Shown here in pieces: positions 22,884 to 32,020 of a DNA stretch of 64,000 nt; position 1 is the stretch's first letter, and each line of letters starts with the position of its first letter. Below the pieces are notes generated by a model, which worked only from the letters and a program-made list of their open reading frames with translations, did no database searches and was not told the origin of the DNA. Position numbers and translations under genes: made by a program. This stretch comes from Candidatus Eiseniibacteriota bacterium (GTDB lineage Bacteria > Eisenbacteria > RBG-16-71-46 > SZUA-252), in contig OY969801.1 in NCBI GenBank assembly GCA_963703225.1, positions 1,984,001 to 2,048,000 on the forward strand, in the 5' to 3' direction.

Positions 22884-22996
22884 GGCGAGGACCCCACTCC
22901 GCCCTCGCGGGGCGGCTCGTCCAGCGCCCGGCGTCGTCGCCGACCGCGGCGGTGGGGCGGCCCGGCGCCGCGTCGGTGCGCTGGATCGCGCCTTCG

Positions 22997-24253
22997 TCAC
23001 GCGTAACGGTCCGGACGAAGGAGGGCGATATCGATCGACGGCGCTTCCCCCGAGAGCGCTTCGGCGATGAGCTTCCCGGAGATCGGCGCCATGCTCAATC
23101 CCATCATCGCGTGGCCGGTCGCGACGGAGAGATTTTCGAACCGCGCGAAGCGCCCCAAATAGGGAAGGCCGTCGGGGGTGCAGGGCCGAAGGCCACTCCA
23201 GGCGCGGCAGTCGTCGAAATCCTCGGGGCGAAACGCCGGCAGGTGTCGAGCCAGCGAGCGGAGGATTCCGCGGATCCGCGGCGGGCTGATCCCGCCGTTC
23301 CATGCGCCCAACTCCATCGTCCCACCCACCCGAAGCGACGTGCCCATCGGCGTGATGGCGACCCGGCACTCTTGAAGTAGGACCGCCCTTCGCGGTCTCT
23401 CCCTCGGCGTGGGGAGCGTCAGGCTGTATCCCTTTCCGGGTTGGAGCGGGAGGCGGATGCCGAGGGGACGAAGAAGGCGCGACGACCACGATCCGGCCGC
23501 CACCACGAATTCGTCGGCCTCCACGTCTCCACGCGAGGTCACCGCCGCGCGGATCGCGCGGGGACCTCGACTCCAAGATTGGAGGTCCGCCTCCCAAAGA
23601 AATTCTCCGCCCCCCTCGCGGACGAGGCGCGACAGCGACGCGTGGAACCGCTGCGGCGTGACGTGCGAATCGAGGGGGTAGTGGACGCCGCCGACCACCT
23701 TCATGGTGAGCCCGGGCTCGAGGGCCTGGGCGCCCCGCGCGTCGAGGACCTCGGCCGGCATGCCCAGCTCCCGCGACCGCTCGGCGTGGCGGATCTCCTC
23801 GCGGAGGCCGCGCTCGGACTGGAAGAGGGCGAGGAGCCCTTCTCGAACGAGCTCGAACTCGTTCCGCGTCTTCTCGGACAGCTCCACGAACAGCTCCCGG
23901 CTCGCGAGGTTGAGATCGCGGAGCAGAGGCCCGGCCCGGCGGGCCCGCTCGGGGTTGGAGGCTCGCCAGAAGCGCCACCCCCAGGCGAGGAACGCGGGGT
24001 CGAGGCGGGGAGGGACGTAGAAGGGGCTCTCGGGGTCGGCCATCCAGCGGATCGCCTGCCCCACCATTCCCGGGGCGGCCAGCGGCACGAAATGGCTGGG
24101 GGAAATGTATCCCGCGTTCCCGAGGGAGCAGCAGTCGTGGTCGGCCGGGCCGCGTTCGATGACGGTGACCCGGTGCCCCCGCGTGAGGAGAGAGTGGGCG
24201 CAGCAGAGGCCGATCACTCCCCCGCCGACGATCGCGACCTGTTTGGCCCCCAC
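22997..24253 (-). CDS. FAD-dependent D-amino acid dehydrogenase (DadA-like)
   Basis: GGGVIG, SLGNAG, GKGYS, WSGLRPCTPDGLP, GHAMMGLS. Confidence 0.88.
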   Translation of the reverse strand: MGAKQVAIVGGGVIGLCCAHSLLTRGHRVTVIERGPADHDCCSLGNAGYISPSHFVPLAAPGMVGQAIRWMADPESPFYVPPRLDPAFLAWGWRFWRASNPERARRAGPLLRDLNLASRELFVELSEKTRNEFELVREGLLALFQSERGLREEIRHAERSRELGMPAEVLDARGAQALEPGLTMKVVGGVHYPLDSHVTPQRFHASLSRLVREGGGEFLWEADLQSWSRGPRAIRAAVTSRGDVEADEFVVAAGSWSSRLLRPLGIRLPLQPGKGYSLTLPTPRERPRRAVLLQECRVAITPMGTSLRVGGTMELGAWNGGISPPRIRGILRSLARHLPAFRPEDFDDCRAWSGLRPCTPDGLPYLGRFARFENLSVATGHAMMGLSMAPISGKLIAEALSGEAPSIDIALLRPDRYA

Positions 24254-24397
24254 TACCCCCGGACCCCGGATTGGGTTCTCACGGCGCCATCATAAGGGCG
24301 GTTTCGGCGGGGACGAAGCGCTAGTCGCTCGCGCTGGCGGCGGCGCGACCGAGGTGCTACGTTCCTGGGTCCCCAAGACCCGGAAGGAGGCTCGACG

Positions 24398-24697
24398 ATG
24401 GGATCGGACGAAAGGAATATGGATCGGCGGAGATTCGTCCAGCTCCTCGCCGCGGGCGCCGCAGCGGCGGCCACCGTCCCGATCGCAGACGCCCACGGGG
24501 CGGAAACGCACGAAGGGGAATGGTCGCAGGCCAAGCATCCACCCCGCCGCGCGATGAGCGCCGCCATGCGGAAAGAGATCGAGAGCCAGAAGAAGTCGGT
24601 GGCCGACATGCTCAAGGTCGTGCGCTCGTTCGAGCTCCCCGCCGGGAGCCCCCCCGCGACGATCTTTCGCGCACTGAAATCTGGGAGGACACGGTGA
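24398..24697 (+). CDS. Small Tat-signal protein, GatC/AtzG-like putative amidase partner
   Basis: DRRRFVQLL twin-arginine signal; PPATIF tail; overlaps the amidase start. Confidence 0.6.
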   Translation: MGSDERNMDRRRFVQLLAAGAAAAATVPIADAHGAETHEGEWSQAKHPPRRAMSAAMRKEIESQKKSVADMLKVVRSFELPAGSPPATIFRALKSGRTR

Positions 24698-26109
24698 GCA
24701 CGATTGGCGAGGATATCCTCTACCTCCCGGCGGTCGAGCTGGGGGACCGGATCCATTCGCGTCGTCTCTCTCCGGTCGAGCTGACCCAGGCGTACCTGGA
24801 CCGCATCCGAAAGTATGGCTCCATGCTGAACGCGTTCGCGACGGTGACGCCGGATCTCGCCTTGGCTCAGGCGCGCGAAGCCGAGCAGGAGATCGGTCGA
24901 GGCCGCATCAAGAGCCCGCTCCACGGCGTCCCCTACGGCGCCAAGGACCTCCTCGCGACCGCCGGCACCAAGACGACCTGGGGCGCCCAGCCGACGCGGG
25001 ACCAAGTGTTTGACACCGACGCGACGGTGATCCGGAAGCTGCGCGAGGCGGGCGCGGTCCTGCTCGGCAAGCTCGCCATGGTGGAGTTCGCGGGTTGCCT
25101 CGGCTACCGCTACGCCGACGCTTCGCTCCAGGGTCCCGGGCGAAATCCCTGGAACCGGGACCACTGGACGGGCGGATCCTCGTCGGGTTCCGGAGCGGCG
25201 GTGGCGGCCGGGCTCGTCGGATTCGCCATCGGCACCGAGACGTGGGGCTCGATCCTCTGCCCCTCGGCCTTCTGCGGGATCACCGGCCTTCGGCCCACGT
25301 ACGGACGCGTCAGCCGCTCCGGCGGGATGGTTGGCTCCTGGACGCTCGACAAGATCGGGCCGCTCGCACGCTCGGCCGCCGATTGCCGCGCGATCTTGCA
25401 GGCGATCGCGGGGGTCGATCCCGAAGACCCAAGCAGCTCGGAGGAACCGGTAAAACTGGGACGGCGCAAGCCCGACCTGTCGCGGCTTCGGGCCGCGCTG
25501 ATCCCGATGGATTTCGCGAAGACGAAAGGCGCGGAGGCGGAGGTGAAGCAGGCGTTCGACAGCGCCGTCTCCGAGCTGAAGGCCATGGGCCTCGCGATCG
25601 AGGAGACGACGCTGCCGGAGTTTCCCGCAAGCGAGGTGGCGACGACCGTGCTCTACGCCGAGGCGATCTGCACCTTCGAGAACTTCTTCCGCGACGGGTC
25701 GGTCTGGAAGCTTCACGACGTGTACGCGCCCTATCAGAGTGAGATCGCGAGGCCCGTGACCGGCGCCGACTACGTCAAGGCGATGCGGATGCGCGCCGTC
25801 CTGCAGCGGAAGATGGTCGATTTCCACGCGAAGTACGACGTGATCGTGACGCCGAATTTCCTGTCCGTATCGCCGGCGATCAAGGACGATCTCACCAAGA
25901 CCCTTCCCTACCCGGATCCGGTGGGTGCGATCGGCAACGCCTGCGGGCTCCCCGCGATCGCGCTGCCCTGCGGCTTCGGCCGCGGCCACCTGCCGGCGGG
26001 CTTTCAGATCATGGGGTCGGCTTTCGAGGAGGGGCTCCTCCTCGACCTGGGCGAGGCCTATCAGGCGCGCACGGGATATCACCGGGAGCGGCCTCCGCTC
26101 CCAACCTAA
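24694..26109 (+). CDS. Amidase signature family protein (GatA-like)
   Basis: GVPYGAKD, GGSSSGS, GTETWGSI; GGGAGG RBS before GTG 24694. Confidence 0.9.
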   Translation: MSTIGEDILYLPAVELGDRIHSRRLSPVELTQAYLDRIRKYGSMLNAFATVTPDLALAQAREAEQEIGRGRIKSPLHGVPYGAKDLLATAGTKTTWGAQPTRDQVFDTDATVIRKLREAGAVLLGKLAMVEFAGCLGYRYADASLQGPGRNPWNRDHWTGGSSSGSGAAVAAGLVGFAIGTETWGSILCPSAFCGITGLRPTYGRVSRSGGMVGSWTLDKIGPLARSAADCRAILQAIAGVDPEDPSSSEEPVKLGRRKPDLSRLRAALIPMDFAKTKGAEAEVKQAFDSAVSELKAMGLAIEETTLPEFPASEVATTVLYAEAICTFENFFRDGSVWKLHDVYAPYQSEIARPVTGADYVKAMRMRAVLQRKMVDFHAKYDVIVTPNFLSVSPAIKDDLTKTLPYPDPVGAIGNACGLPAIALPCGFGRGHLPAGFQIMGSAFEEGLLLDLGEAYQARTGYHRERPPLPT

Positions 26110-26121
26110 AAGGAGACTCAT

Positions 26122-26307
26122 TTGTCGAGAGATGGACGACGTTCCTGGCTTCGCAAGCGGTGGAAGAGAGCGGAAACCCTGAAGCGCCTCAAGCTGCGCT
26201 ACCAAGCCGCGAGGAGGGAGGAGCGTACGCTGATCGTCGAGAAGCTTCGCCGCGTGGCGCCCTGGCTCACGGAAGAGGATCTCGGCTCGAAGGCGCGCGC
26301 TCATTGA
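26122..26307 (+). CDS. Small basic protein (DUF6800-like)
   Basis: AGGAG RBS plus TTG; Arg/Lys-rich helix ending EKLRRVAPW. Confidence 0.5.
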   Translation: MSRDGRRSWLRKRWKRAETLKRLKLRYQAARREERTLIVEKLRRVAPWLTEEDLGSKARAH

Positions 26308-27587
26308 GCACAACCCCAGCCCACGTGGGGGCCCGCCGCGCGCGCGTCGCCAAGGCCTGGGGACTTCGCGACGAGGTCGTCCTGATCGGGGCCGGCGACC
26401 GGATTCTCATTCCCGGATCGGGCGACCAGAACTACCCCTTCCGGTCCCACCCCGAGTACTACTACCTCACCGACCGAGAATGCCCGGGTGCCTTGCTCGC
26501 ATTCGATCCGCACGACGGGTGGACCGACTTCGTTCCCGACGTCACCGACCGCGAGCGCATCTGGGAAGCGGCGTCCCAGGCGGAGGGAACCTCGATCGGC
26601 CTGCTGGGGGCGTGGCTCGCGGCGCGCGGAGGACGGCCCGTCGCCATGCTGGGCTGCGAGCTTCCGGGCCAGCGCTTTGACATGCCGCGGACGGTGGCCT
26701 TTCAAGAGATCCTCTCCCACGCGCGCCGACCCAAGGATGAGGTCGAGCTAACCCGGATCCGCGCGGCGGCGGCCTCCACCGCCGCGGGCTACGCGCGTGC
26801 GAAGGAGGTCATCCGACCCGGCGTGAGCGAGCGGACGATCGCGCTCGAGCTGGAGTGCGCCTTTCTCCGCGCCGGAGCCGATGGTCTCGCCTATGACACC
26901 ATCGTCGGATCGGGACCGAACTCGGCGGTGCTCCACTTCGCGCCCACCGACCGGATCTTGGCCGCGGGAGAGCTGGTGCTGATCGACGCCGCGGCCGGGG
27001 CGGGGCGGTACGCGTGCGACGTGACGCGGACCTTTCCGGCCACCGGCACGTTCACGCCCGAACAGCGCGATCTCTACGACCTGGTCCTCTCCATCGAGCG
27101 ACGCGCGATCGAGCGTTGCCGCACCGGCGCGGAGCTGGTGGAGATCCACCTGGCGGCCTTCCGCGAGACGGCTGAGGGGCTCGCCTCGATGGGAATCGTC
27201 CGCGGCTCGCCCGATGATTTGATCGAGCGGGGAGCGATCGAGCTCTTCTTTCCGCATGGGATCTCGCACATGGTCGGTCTCGGCGTCCGCGACGCCCGAG
27301 GGTCGTTTCCGGGACGAAAGCCCAGCGACCGGCCCGGGCGAAAGCTCCAGCGAACCGATCTCCCGCTCACGCCCGGGCACGTCATCACCATCGAGCCGGG
27401 GATCTACTTCATCCCCGCGCTGCTCCAGAACCCGGAGCGCCGGGCGAAGCTTGCCGACGCCGTCTCCTGGCCCAAGGTTGACGCGTGGTGCGCGCAGGGC
27501 GGAATCCGGATCGAGGACACGGTGCACGTCACCCCAGGCGCGCCGGAAGTAATCACGTCGGGGGCCAGCGGGCCGCAGGCGCTATAG
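26304..27587 (+). CDS. pepP: Xaa-Pro aminopeptidase (M24B)
   Basis: YPFRSHPEYYYLT, LIDAA, CDVTRT, HGISHMVG, TIEPGIY, GIRIED. Confidence 0.88.
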   Translation: MSTTPAHVGARRARVAKAWGLRDEVVLIGAGDRILIPGSGDQNYPFRSHPEYYYLTDRECPGALLAFDPHDGWTDFVPDVTDRERIWEAASQAEGTSIGLLGAWLAARGGRPVAMLGCELPGQRFDMPRTVAFQEILSHARRPKDEVELTRIRAAAASTAAGYARAKEVIRPGVSERTIALELECAFLRAGADGLAYDTIVGSGPNSAVLHFAPTDRILAAGELVLIDAAAGAGRYACDVTRTFPATGTFTPEQRDLYDLVLSIERRAIERCRTGAELVEIHLAAFRETAEGLASMGIVRGSPDDLIERGAIELFFPHGISHMVGLGVRDARGSFPGRKPSDRPGRKLQRTDLPLTPGHVITIEPGIYFIPALLQNPERRAKLADAVSWPKVDAWCAQGGIRIEDTVHVTPGAPEVITSGASGPQAL

Positions 27588-27597
27588 TCAGGGTGGT

Positions 27598-27999
27598 ATG
27601 AAGCGCCCCCTGGGAATCTACCTCCTCTGCCTCGTCGTGCTCGCCTCGCTCGCCGGCGGGATCGTTTGCTGGACCGCGATCGTCCCCCGCCTGATCGTGG
27701 GTCCGGGCCCCATCACGTGGGTGGAGTGGCTCGCGATCGCGATCTTGAGCGCGCTCCCGTTCAGCGCGCCGCCCGCGGCCGTCGGCGCGTGGCAACGGTC
27801 GCGGTGGGCCCCGGGAGCTGTCGCCATCTGGGGCGCGCTCTGGGTTGGCGAGATGACGCTGACCTTCGTGGCTGCCGGCGCGCTGGCGGGCCTCGGCGGT
27901 GTCGAGTGGGTATTGCCGTGGATCGCGATCCTCGTCGCGGCGTTCGGGCTGGCCGCGGTGGTCCGCTTCGTGCGACGCGTCGTCTCGACCGGGGACTAA
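27598..27999 (+). CDS. Hypothetical 4-TM membrane protein
   Basis: Hydrophobic ORF starting just after pepP. Confidence 0.55.
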   Translation: MKRPLGIYLLCLVVLASLAGGIVCWTAIVPRLIVGPGPITWVEWLAIAILSALPFSAPPAAVGAWQRSRWAPGAVAIWGALWVGEMTLTFVAAGALAGLGGVEWVLPWIAILVAAFGLAAVVRFVRRVVSTGD

Positions 28000-28232
28000 G
28001 CGGAGAGCAAGGCCTCCACCTGCCGCAAGACCTTCTTCGCGCTCGGGGCGATCAGAATTCCCCACGAACGAAAGGCCGATCTCCCATCGACGGTCACCGA
28101 GAGCTCCCCCAGCCCGCCGCGCGTGATCTCGGCTCGCACATCGGGAACGCGGCCCAACTCCGCCGCCACCCGCTCGGCCACGGCGCGCCGTGCCGGGCAA
28201 ATGGGGCAAGTTCGTATGACCACGTGACGCAC
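27996..28232 (-). CDS. Rdx/SelW-like small redox protein (CxxC)
   Basis: VVIRTCPIC...GGLGELSVTVDG pattern. Confidence 0.55.
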   Translation of the reverse strand: MRHVVIRTCPICPARRAVAERVAAELGRVPDVRAEITRGGLGELSVTVDGRSAFRSWGILIAPSAKKVLRQVEALLSA

Positions 28233-28503
28233 GAAACAGCCCTCCCTAGCCGCCGCTCGAGTGGCCGCCAAGGGCCTGGCGGGCCGCTGAGAGCCTTTTC
28301 TCGGCCCGGTCCAGGTCAGGGCCCGGGATCGGCGATTGTATTGCCTCCCGAAGCGCCGCGGCGGCTCCTATGGTGCCTCGGGCGCGGTCCACTTGCCCAG
28401 CCGCGCCGCCGCCCCCACGATCGGAGGTCTGCTGCCTTCATACTACAAGCGGTCTTCCGGGGACGCCAGGACGCCCTCGGAGTTTTTCGGGCGAGACCCA
28501 ACC

Positions 28504-29091
28504 TTGACTGAGACGGCTCCCTTCCGCGCCATCGCCGGGGGCGTCCTCCTCGCGGCCTTGGGAATCTCGGCCTACTTCCGGGCGAGGGCGGAGCGCGGGG
28601 GCTCGCCGCTCACGGAGCGCGCGCCAGACCGCGTTCTCGTCCGGCTCCTCCGCCTGGTGGCGCTCTCCCTCTGGATCCTGATCCTGATCGATCCGCCGTG
28701 GCTGGAATGGAGCCGCGTCCCGCTCCCTCTCTGGCTTCGCTGGACCGGCGTGGGGGCGGCGACCCTGCTCCTCGCGGCCGTCGCGTGGACGCTCGGCTCT
28801 CTGGGAAACAACGTCACCCCGACCTACGTCACCCGAGAGGAGCACCAGCTGGTCACCCTCGGGCCCTACCGCTGGGTGCGCCACCCCCTCTACGCCGCGG
28901 GGCTCGCGATGCACGTAGCGCTGGCCGTCGTCCTGGCAAGCTGGCTTGTCGCGGCGATGGGGGTGGTGTTCCTCGCGCTTCTCCCCCTCCGCGTCCGCCG
29001 CGAGGAGGAGCACCTGGTCGCGCGCTTCGGCGACGCCTACCGCGAGTACCGACGCCGCGCCGGGGCGCTCTTCCCCAGGCTCTTTCGGTAG
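28504..29091 (+). CDS. Isoprenylcysteine carboxyl methyltransferase/PEMT family protein
   Basis: LVTLGPYRWVRHPLY and EEEHLVARFGDAYREY. Confidence 0.85.
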   Translation: MTETAPFRAIAGGVLLAALGISAYFRARAERGGSPLTERAPDRVLVRLLRLVALSLWILILIDPPWLEWSRVPLPLWLRWTGVGAATLLLAAVAWTLGSLGNNVTPTYVTREEHQLVTLGPYRWVRHPLYAAGLAMHVALAVVLASWLVAAMGVVFLALLPLRVRREEEHLVARFGDAYREYRRRAGALFPRLFR

Positions 29092-29185
29092 CCGCCCTCC
29101 CGTCATCCTCGAAAAGACAACGTCCCGTCGCGTGGGGAGCGACGGGACGCGGTGCAACCGACGACTCAGCGAAGAAGCTGAATCG

Positions 29186-29497
29186 CTATTTCAGGTGCTT
29201 CGACACGTGCTTGGTCATCTCGAACATGCTGACCTGGCGCTTCCCTCCGAAGATCACCCGCAGCTTGTCGTCCGCGTTGATCATCGTCCGCTTCATCTTG
29301 TCCTGGAGCTTGTTCCGCTTGATGTAGGCCCACAGCTTCTTCGTCACTTCGGTACGAGGCATGGCCCTCGCGCCGATCACAGCTGAGAGGGCTGCGGACG
29401 GCATGAGCGGCTTCATGAACGCGGCGTTCGGCTTGCGCTTCTTCCTGGAGGCGACCTTCTTCTTCGCGGGCTTGCGTGCGCGCTTCTTTGCTGGCAT
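29186..29497 (-). CDS. Stand-alone SWIB/MDM2 domain protein with a Lys-rich N-terminal tail
   Basis: PRTEVTKKLWAYIKRNKLQD, INADDKL, VSMFEMTK; AAGGAG RBS. Confidence 0.92.
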   Translation of the reverse strand: MPAKKRARKPAKKKVASRKKRKPNAAFMKPLMPSAALSAVIGARAMPRTEVTKKLWAYIKRNKLQDKMKRTMINADDKLRVIFGGKRQVSMFEMTKHVSKHLK

Positions 29498-29621
29498 GCA
29501 CCTCTCCTTTCGTGAGCGTCGTGCCGATCCGAGTACGTCGGCGCCGGGAGGAATAACTACCACGCGCGCAGGAGAGGGGCAACACTTACAGAGGGATTTT
29601 TCGAGGTAAGGGCAAAAAATA

Positions 29622-29698
29622 TGGAGCGGAAGACGGGATTTGAACCCGCGACAACCACCTTGGCAAGGTGGGGCTCTACCGGGCTGAGCTACTTCCGC
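29622..29698 (-). tRNA. tRNA-Gly (GCC)
   Basis: GCGGAAG acceptor stem, TAGCTCAG D arm, CCACC-TTGCCAA-GGTGG anticodon arm, GGTTCAAATCC T arm, encoded CCA. Confidence 0.97.
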
Positions 29699-29725
29699 TC
29701 GCTCATTTCTCCTCGAAGCCGCGCG

Positions 29726-29755
29726 AGTTTAGCCTCGTCCGAGCGAGCCCGTCAA
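29726..29755 (-). promoter_or_regulatory. Sigma-70-like promoter for tRNA-Gly
   Basis: TTGACG-N18-TAAACT on the minus strand. Confidence 0.6.
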
Positions 29756-31341
29756 GGGGACCCCGGGGGCTCCCACCCTCTGGAAGTCTCCGCCGGACCG
29801 GGACGATCTCCCCGCTCCACCGTCTCGATCCAGCGGTTGAACCCGGCACCCATCCGCCGCGACGTATTCGATTGCCGATAGAGCTGGACGTACTTTCGGG
29901 CGGAGCCGGTCCAGGAGAAATCGAGCCCCATGCCGTTTCGGCGCGCCCGGTTCAGGCCAGCGGAATCCGCGTAGAGCCCGAGCGCGCGCTGAACCGCCTC
30001 GAGAAGCGCGTCCGGGGTGTAGGGGCCGAAGAGGATGCCCGTGCCGTCCACGCCCTCGCCCGGGACGATCGGCGTCACCGTGTCGGCGAGCCCGCCGGTC
30101 TCCCGGACGACCGGGATGGTGCCGTAGCGCATGCTCATCATCTGGTTCTGCCCGCACGGCTCGTATCGGGAGGGCATGAGAAAGAAATCGACGCCGGCCT
30201 CGATCCGATGGGCCAGCGGATCGTCGAAACCGCGACGATAGGCGACACGATCGCGGTGCCGCTCGGCCATGGCCTGGAAGAACGCCTCATACCGCGCCTC
30301 GCCGCTGCCGAGGACGACCCACCGCGCGGGCAGCGCGAAGAGCCGCTCGGCGGCGCCCTCCACGAGATCGAAGCCCTTCTGGTCGACGAGTCGGGAGATC
30401 ACCCCCACGAGAGGCAGCTCGGGCTTTCGTGGAAGCTGGACTTCCTCGAGGAGAGCCGCCTTGCAGATCGCCTTGCCCTCCAGGGATTCAGCGTCGAACC
30501 GGGCGGCGATCATTCGGTCGGTTCTCGGATTCCAGATGTTCACGTCGATCCCGTTCAGGATCCCCGTGAGATCGGCGCGGCGCGCGTTCAGGGTGCCCTG
30601 CAGGCCGAACCCGAACTCCTCCCCCGACTGAATCTCCTCGGCGTAGCGCTCGCTCACCGTCGTCAGTCGGTCCGCGAACTGGATCCCGGCCTTCAGGAAA
30701 TTCATCCGCCCCCAGAATTCGAACGGCGAGAGGGGGTAGAAGAAGTGGTCGGGAAATCCCGCGAGCCGCATGGTCTCCGGCGGGTAGACGCCCTGGTAGC
30801 CCAGGTTGTGGAGGGAGAGAATGTTCGCGGTCATCTGGAAGAACGCGTCCTCGGCGTAGAGAGTCCGAAGGTAGGCTGGGACGAGCGCGGTCTGGTAGTC
30901 GTTCGCGTGGATCACGTCGGGGACATACGCCGTGGCGCGCATCGCCTCGAGGCAGGCCCGCGAGAAGAAGGTGAACCGCGCGGCGTTATCGGGGAACGGC
31001 TCTCCGGTCTTGGGATCGACGTAAATGCCGGACCTGCCGAAGAAGGTCTCGTTCGCGATGAAGAAGTGGTGGTAGTGGGGTGGGTGGGCCGGGTGTCGCA
31101 GGCGGTAGATCAGACCGGGATGGTCCTCCCCACCGACGGGCACCTCGATCCTCGCGACCAATTCCAGCTCCGCACCCTCGGGTAGCGTCAGGTCGCCGTA
31201 CCGGGGAAGAAACACGGCGACGGAACATCCGAGGTCGGCCACGGCGCGGCTGAGCGCCCCAATCACGTCCGCCAGCCCCCCCACCTTGGCGAAGGGAACC
31301 GACTCCGCGCTCAGGATCGCGGCGCGATAGCGCTGGGCCAT
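29752..31341 (-). CDS. glgA: Glycogen synthase (GT5)
   Basis: PFAKVGGLADV, HANDYQT, HNLGYQG, MPSRYEPCG, TGGLADTV. Confidence 0.9.
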   Translation of the reverse strand: MAQRYRAAILSAESVPFAKVGGLADVIGALSRAVADLGCSVAVFLPRYGDLTLPEGAELELVARIEVPVGGEDHPGLIYRLRHPAHPPHYHHFFIANETFFGRSGIYVDPKTGEPFPDNAARFTFFSRACLEAMRATAYVPDVIHANDYQTALVPAYLRTLYAEDAFFQMTANILSLHNLGYQGVYPPETMRLAGFPDHFFYPLSPFEFWGRMNFLKAGIQFADRLTTVSERYAEEIQSGEEFGFGLQGTLNARRADLTGILNGIDVNIWNPRTDRMIAARFDAESLEGKAICKAALLEEVQLPRKPELPLVGVISRLVDQKGFDLVEGAAERLFALPARWVVLGSGEARYEAFFQAMAERHRDRVAYRRGFDDPLAHRIEAGVDFFLMPSRYEPCGQNQMMSMRYGTIPVVRETGGLADTVTPIVPGEGVDGTGILFGPYTPDALLEAVQRALGLYADSAGLNRARRNGMGLDFSWTGSARKYVQLYRQSNTSRRMGAGFNRWIETVERGDRPGPAETSRGWEPPGSP

Positions 31342-31378
31342 TCAGATTCAGATAGGACGTTAGGGATATCTCTCAATG

Positions 31379-32020
31379 TCATCGGGTATCGCCATTTGAA
31401 GAGTCCGACGATCTCATTCGAAACGCGCCCGGGTACCCCTCTGAGACGGCTCGCTCCCGGAGCGACTGTGCGAGGGCCTCGCTCGAGAACGCGCCGAGCC
31501 GAACTTTGTAGAGCGACCCCTCGAACTCGATGACGGAGGGAACGCCGAAGCGCGCGGACGCCTCCTTGGCGACCCGATCGGCTTGAGTCAGATCCGGCGA
31601 CGCGAAGATCTGCACACGCCAGACCGATGCGTGGCCGTCCCCCGTCGCGGCGGTCGACCCCCCTTCGGCGCGCGACTCCTGCGCCACGACAGTGGGCGCG
31701 GCATCCGAGTCGGGGAGCGCGGTTGGCGCGCCTTCGGTCCCGGGCGCGTCTTCCACGGGCGCGTCTTCGGTCCCGGCCGCCCCCTGGGTCACGTTCGCCG
31801 TCGCGTCGCCCACCGGAACCGGATCGGGAATCGACGCGAGCTCTCCAGGGGTGATGACCTCCGACGGATCGAGCGAGCCGGGCACCGCGATCGAAGCGGG
31901 CGAAGCCCCCGGTGCGGAGATCGTGGTGGACGAAGCCGCGGGGGCCGGCGGCTTCGCCACGGCTCGCGCGCAACCCAAGACCAGAACGAGCGCGGCAAGC
32001 CCGACGCTAGAGCGTCGCAT
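31379..32020 (-). CDS. SPOR-domain lipoprotein
   Basis: VLGC lipobox, acidic Pro/Ala linker, WRVQIFA...YKVRLGAF...GYPGAF. Confidence 0.8.
   Translation of the reverse strand: MRRSSVGLAALVLVLGCARAVAKPPAPAASSTTISAPGASPASIAVPGSLDPSEVITPGELASIPDPVPVGDATANVTQGAAGTEDAPVEDAPGTEGAPTALPDSDAAPTVVAQESRAEGGSTAATGDGHASVWRVQIFASPDLTQADRVAKEASARFGVPSVIEFEGSLYKVRLGAFSSEALAQSLRERAVSEGYPGAFRMRSSDSSNGDTR

Noticed and set aside
19792..23978. Long N-terminal extensions on ORFs 19792..22203 and 20973..23978
   Set aside because: Low-complexity read-through overlapping real neighbouring genes; the true starts lie downstream
24694..26109. Calling the amidase gatA
   Set aside because: No gatB nearby, ETWGS instead of DTGGS, and a Tat-bearing partner
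27996..28232. Selenoprotein (CxxU) in the Rdx-like gene
   Set aside because: Both Cys codons are TGC and there is no in-frame TGA
29622..29698. tRNA-Gly as an island integration site
   Set aside because: No integrase and no duplicated tRNA 3' end seen in the window
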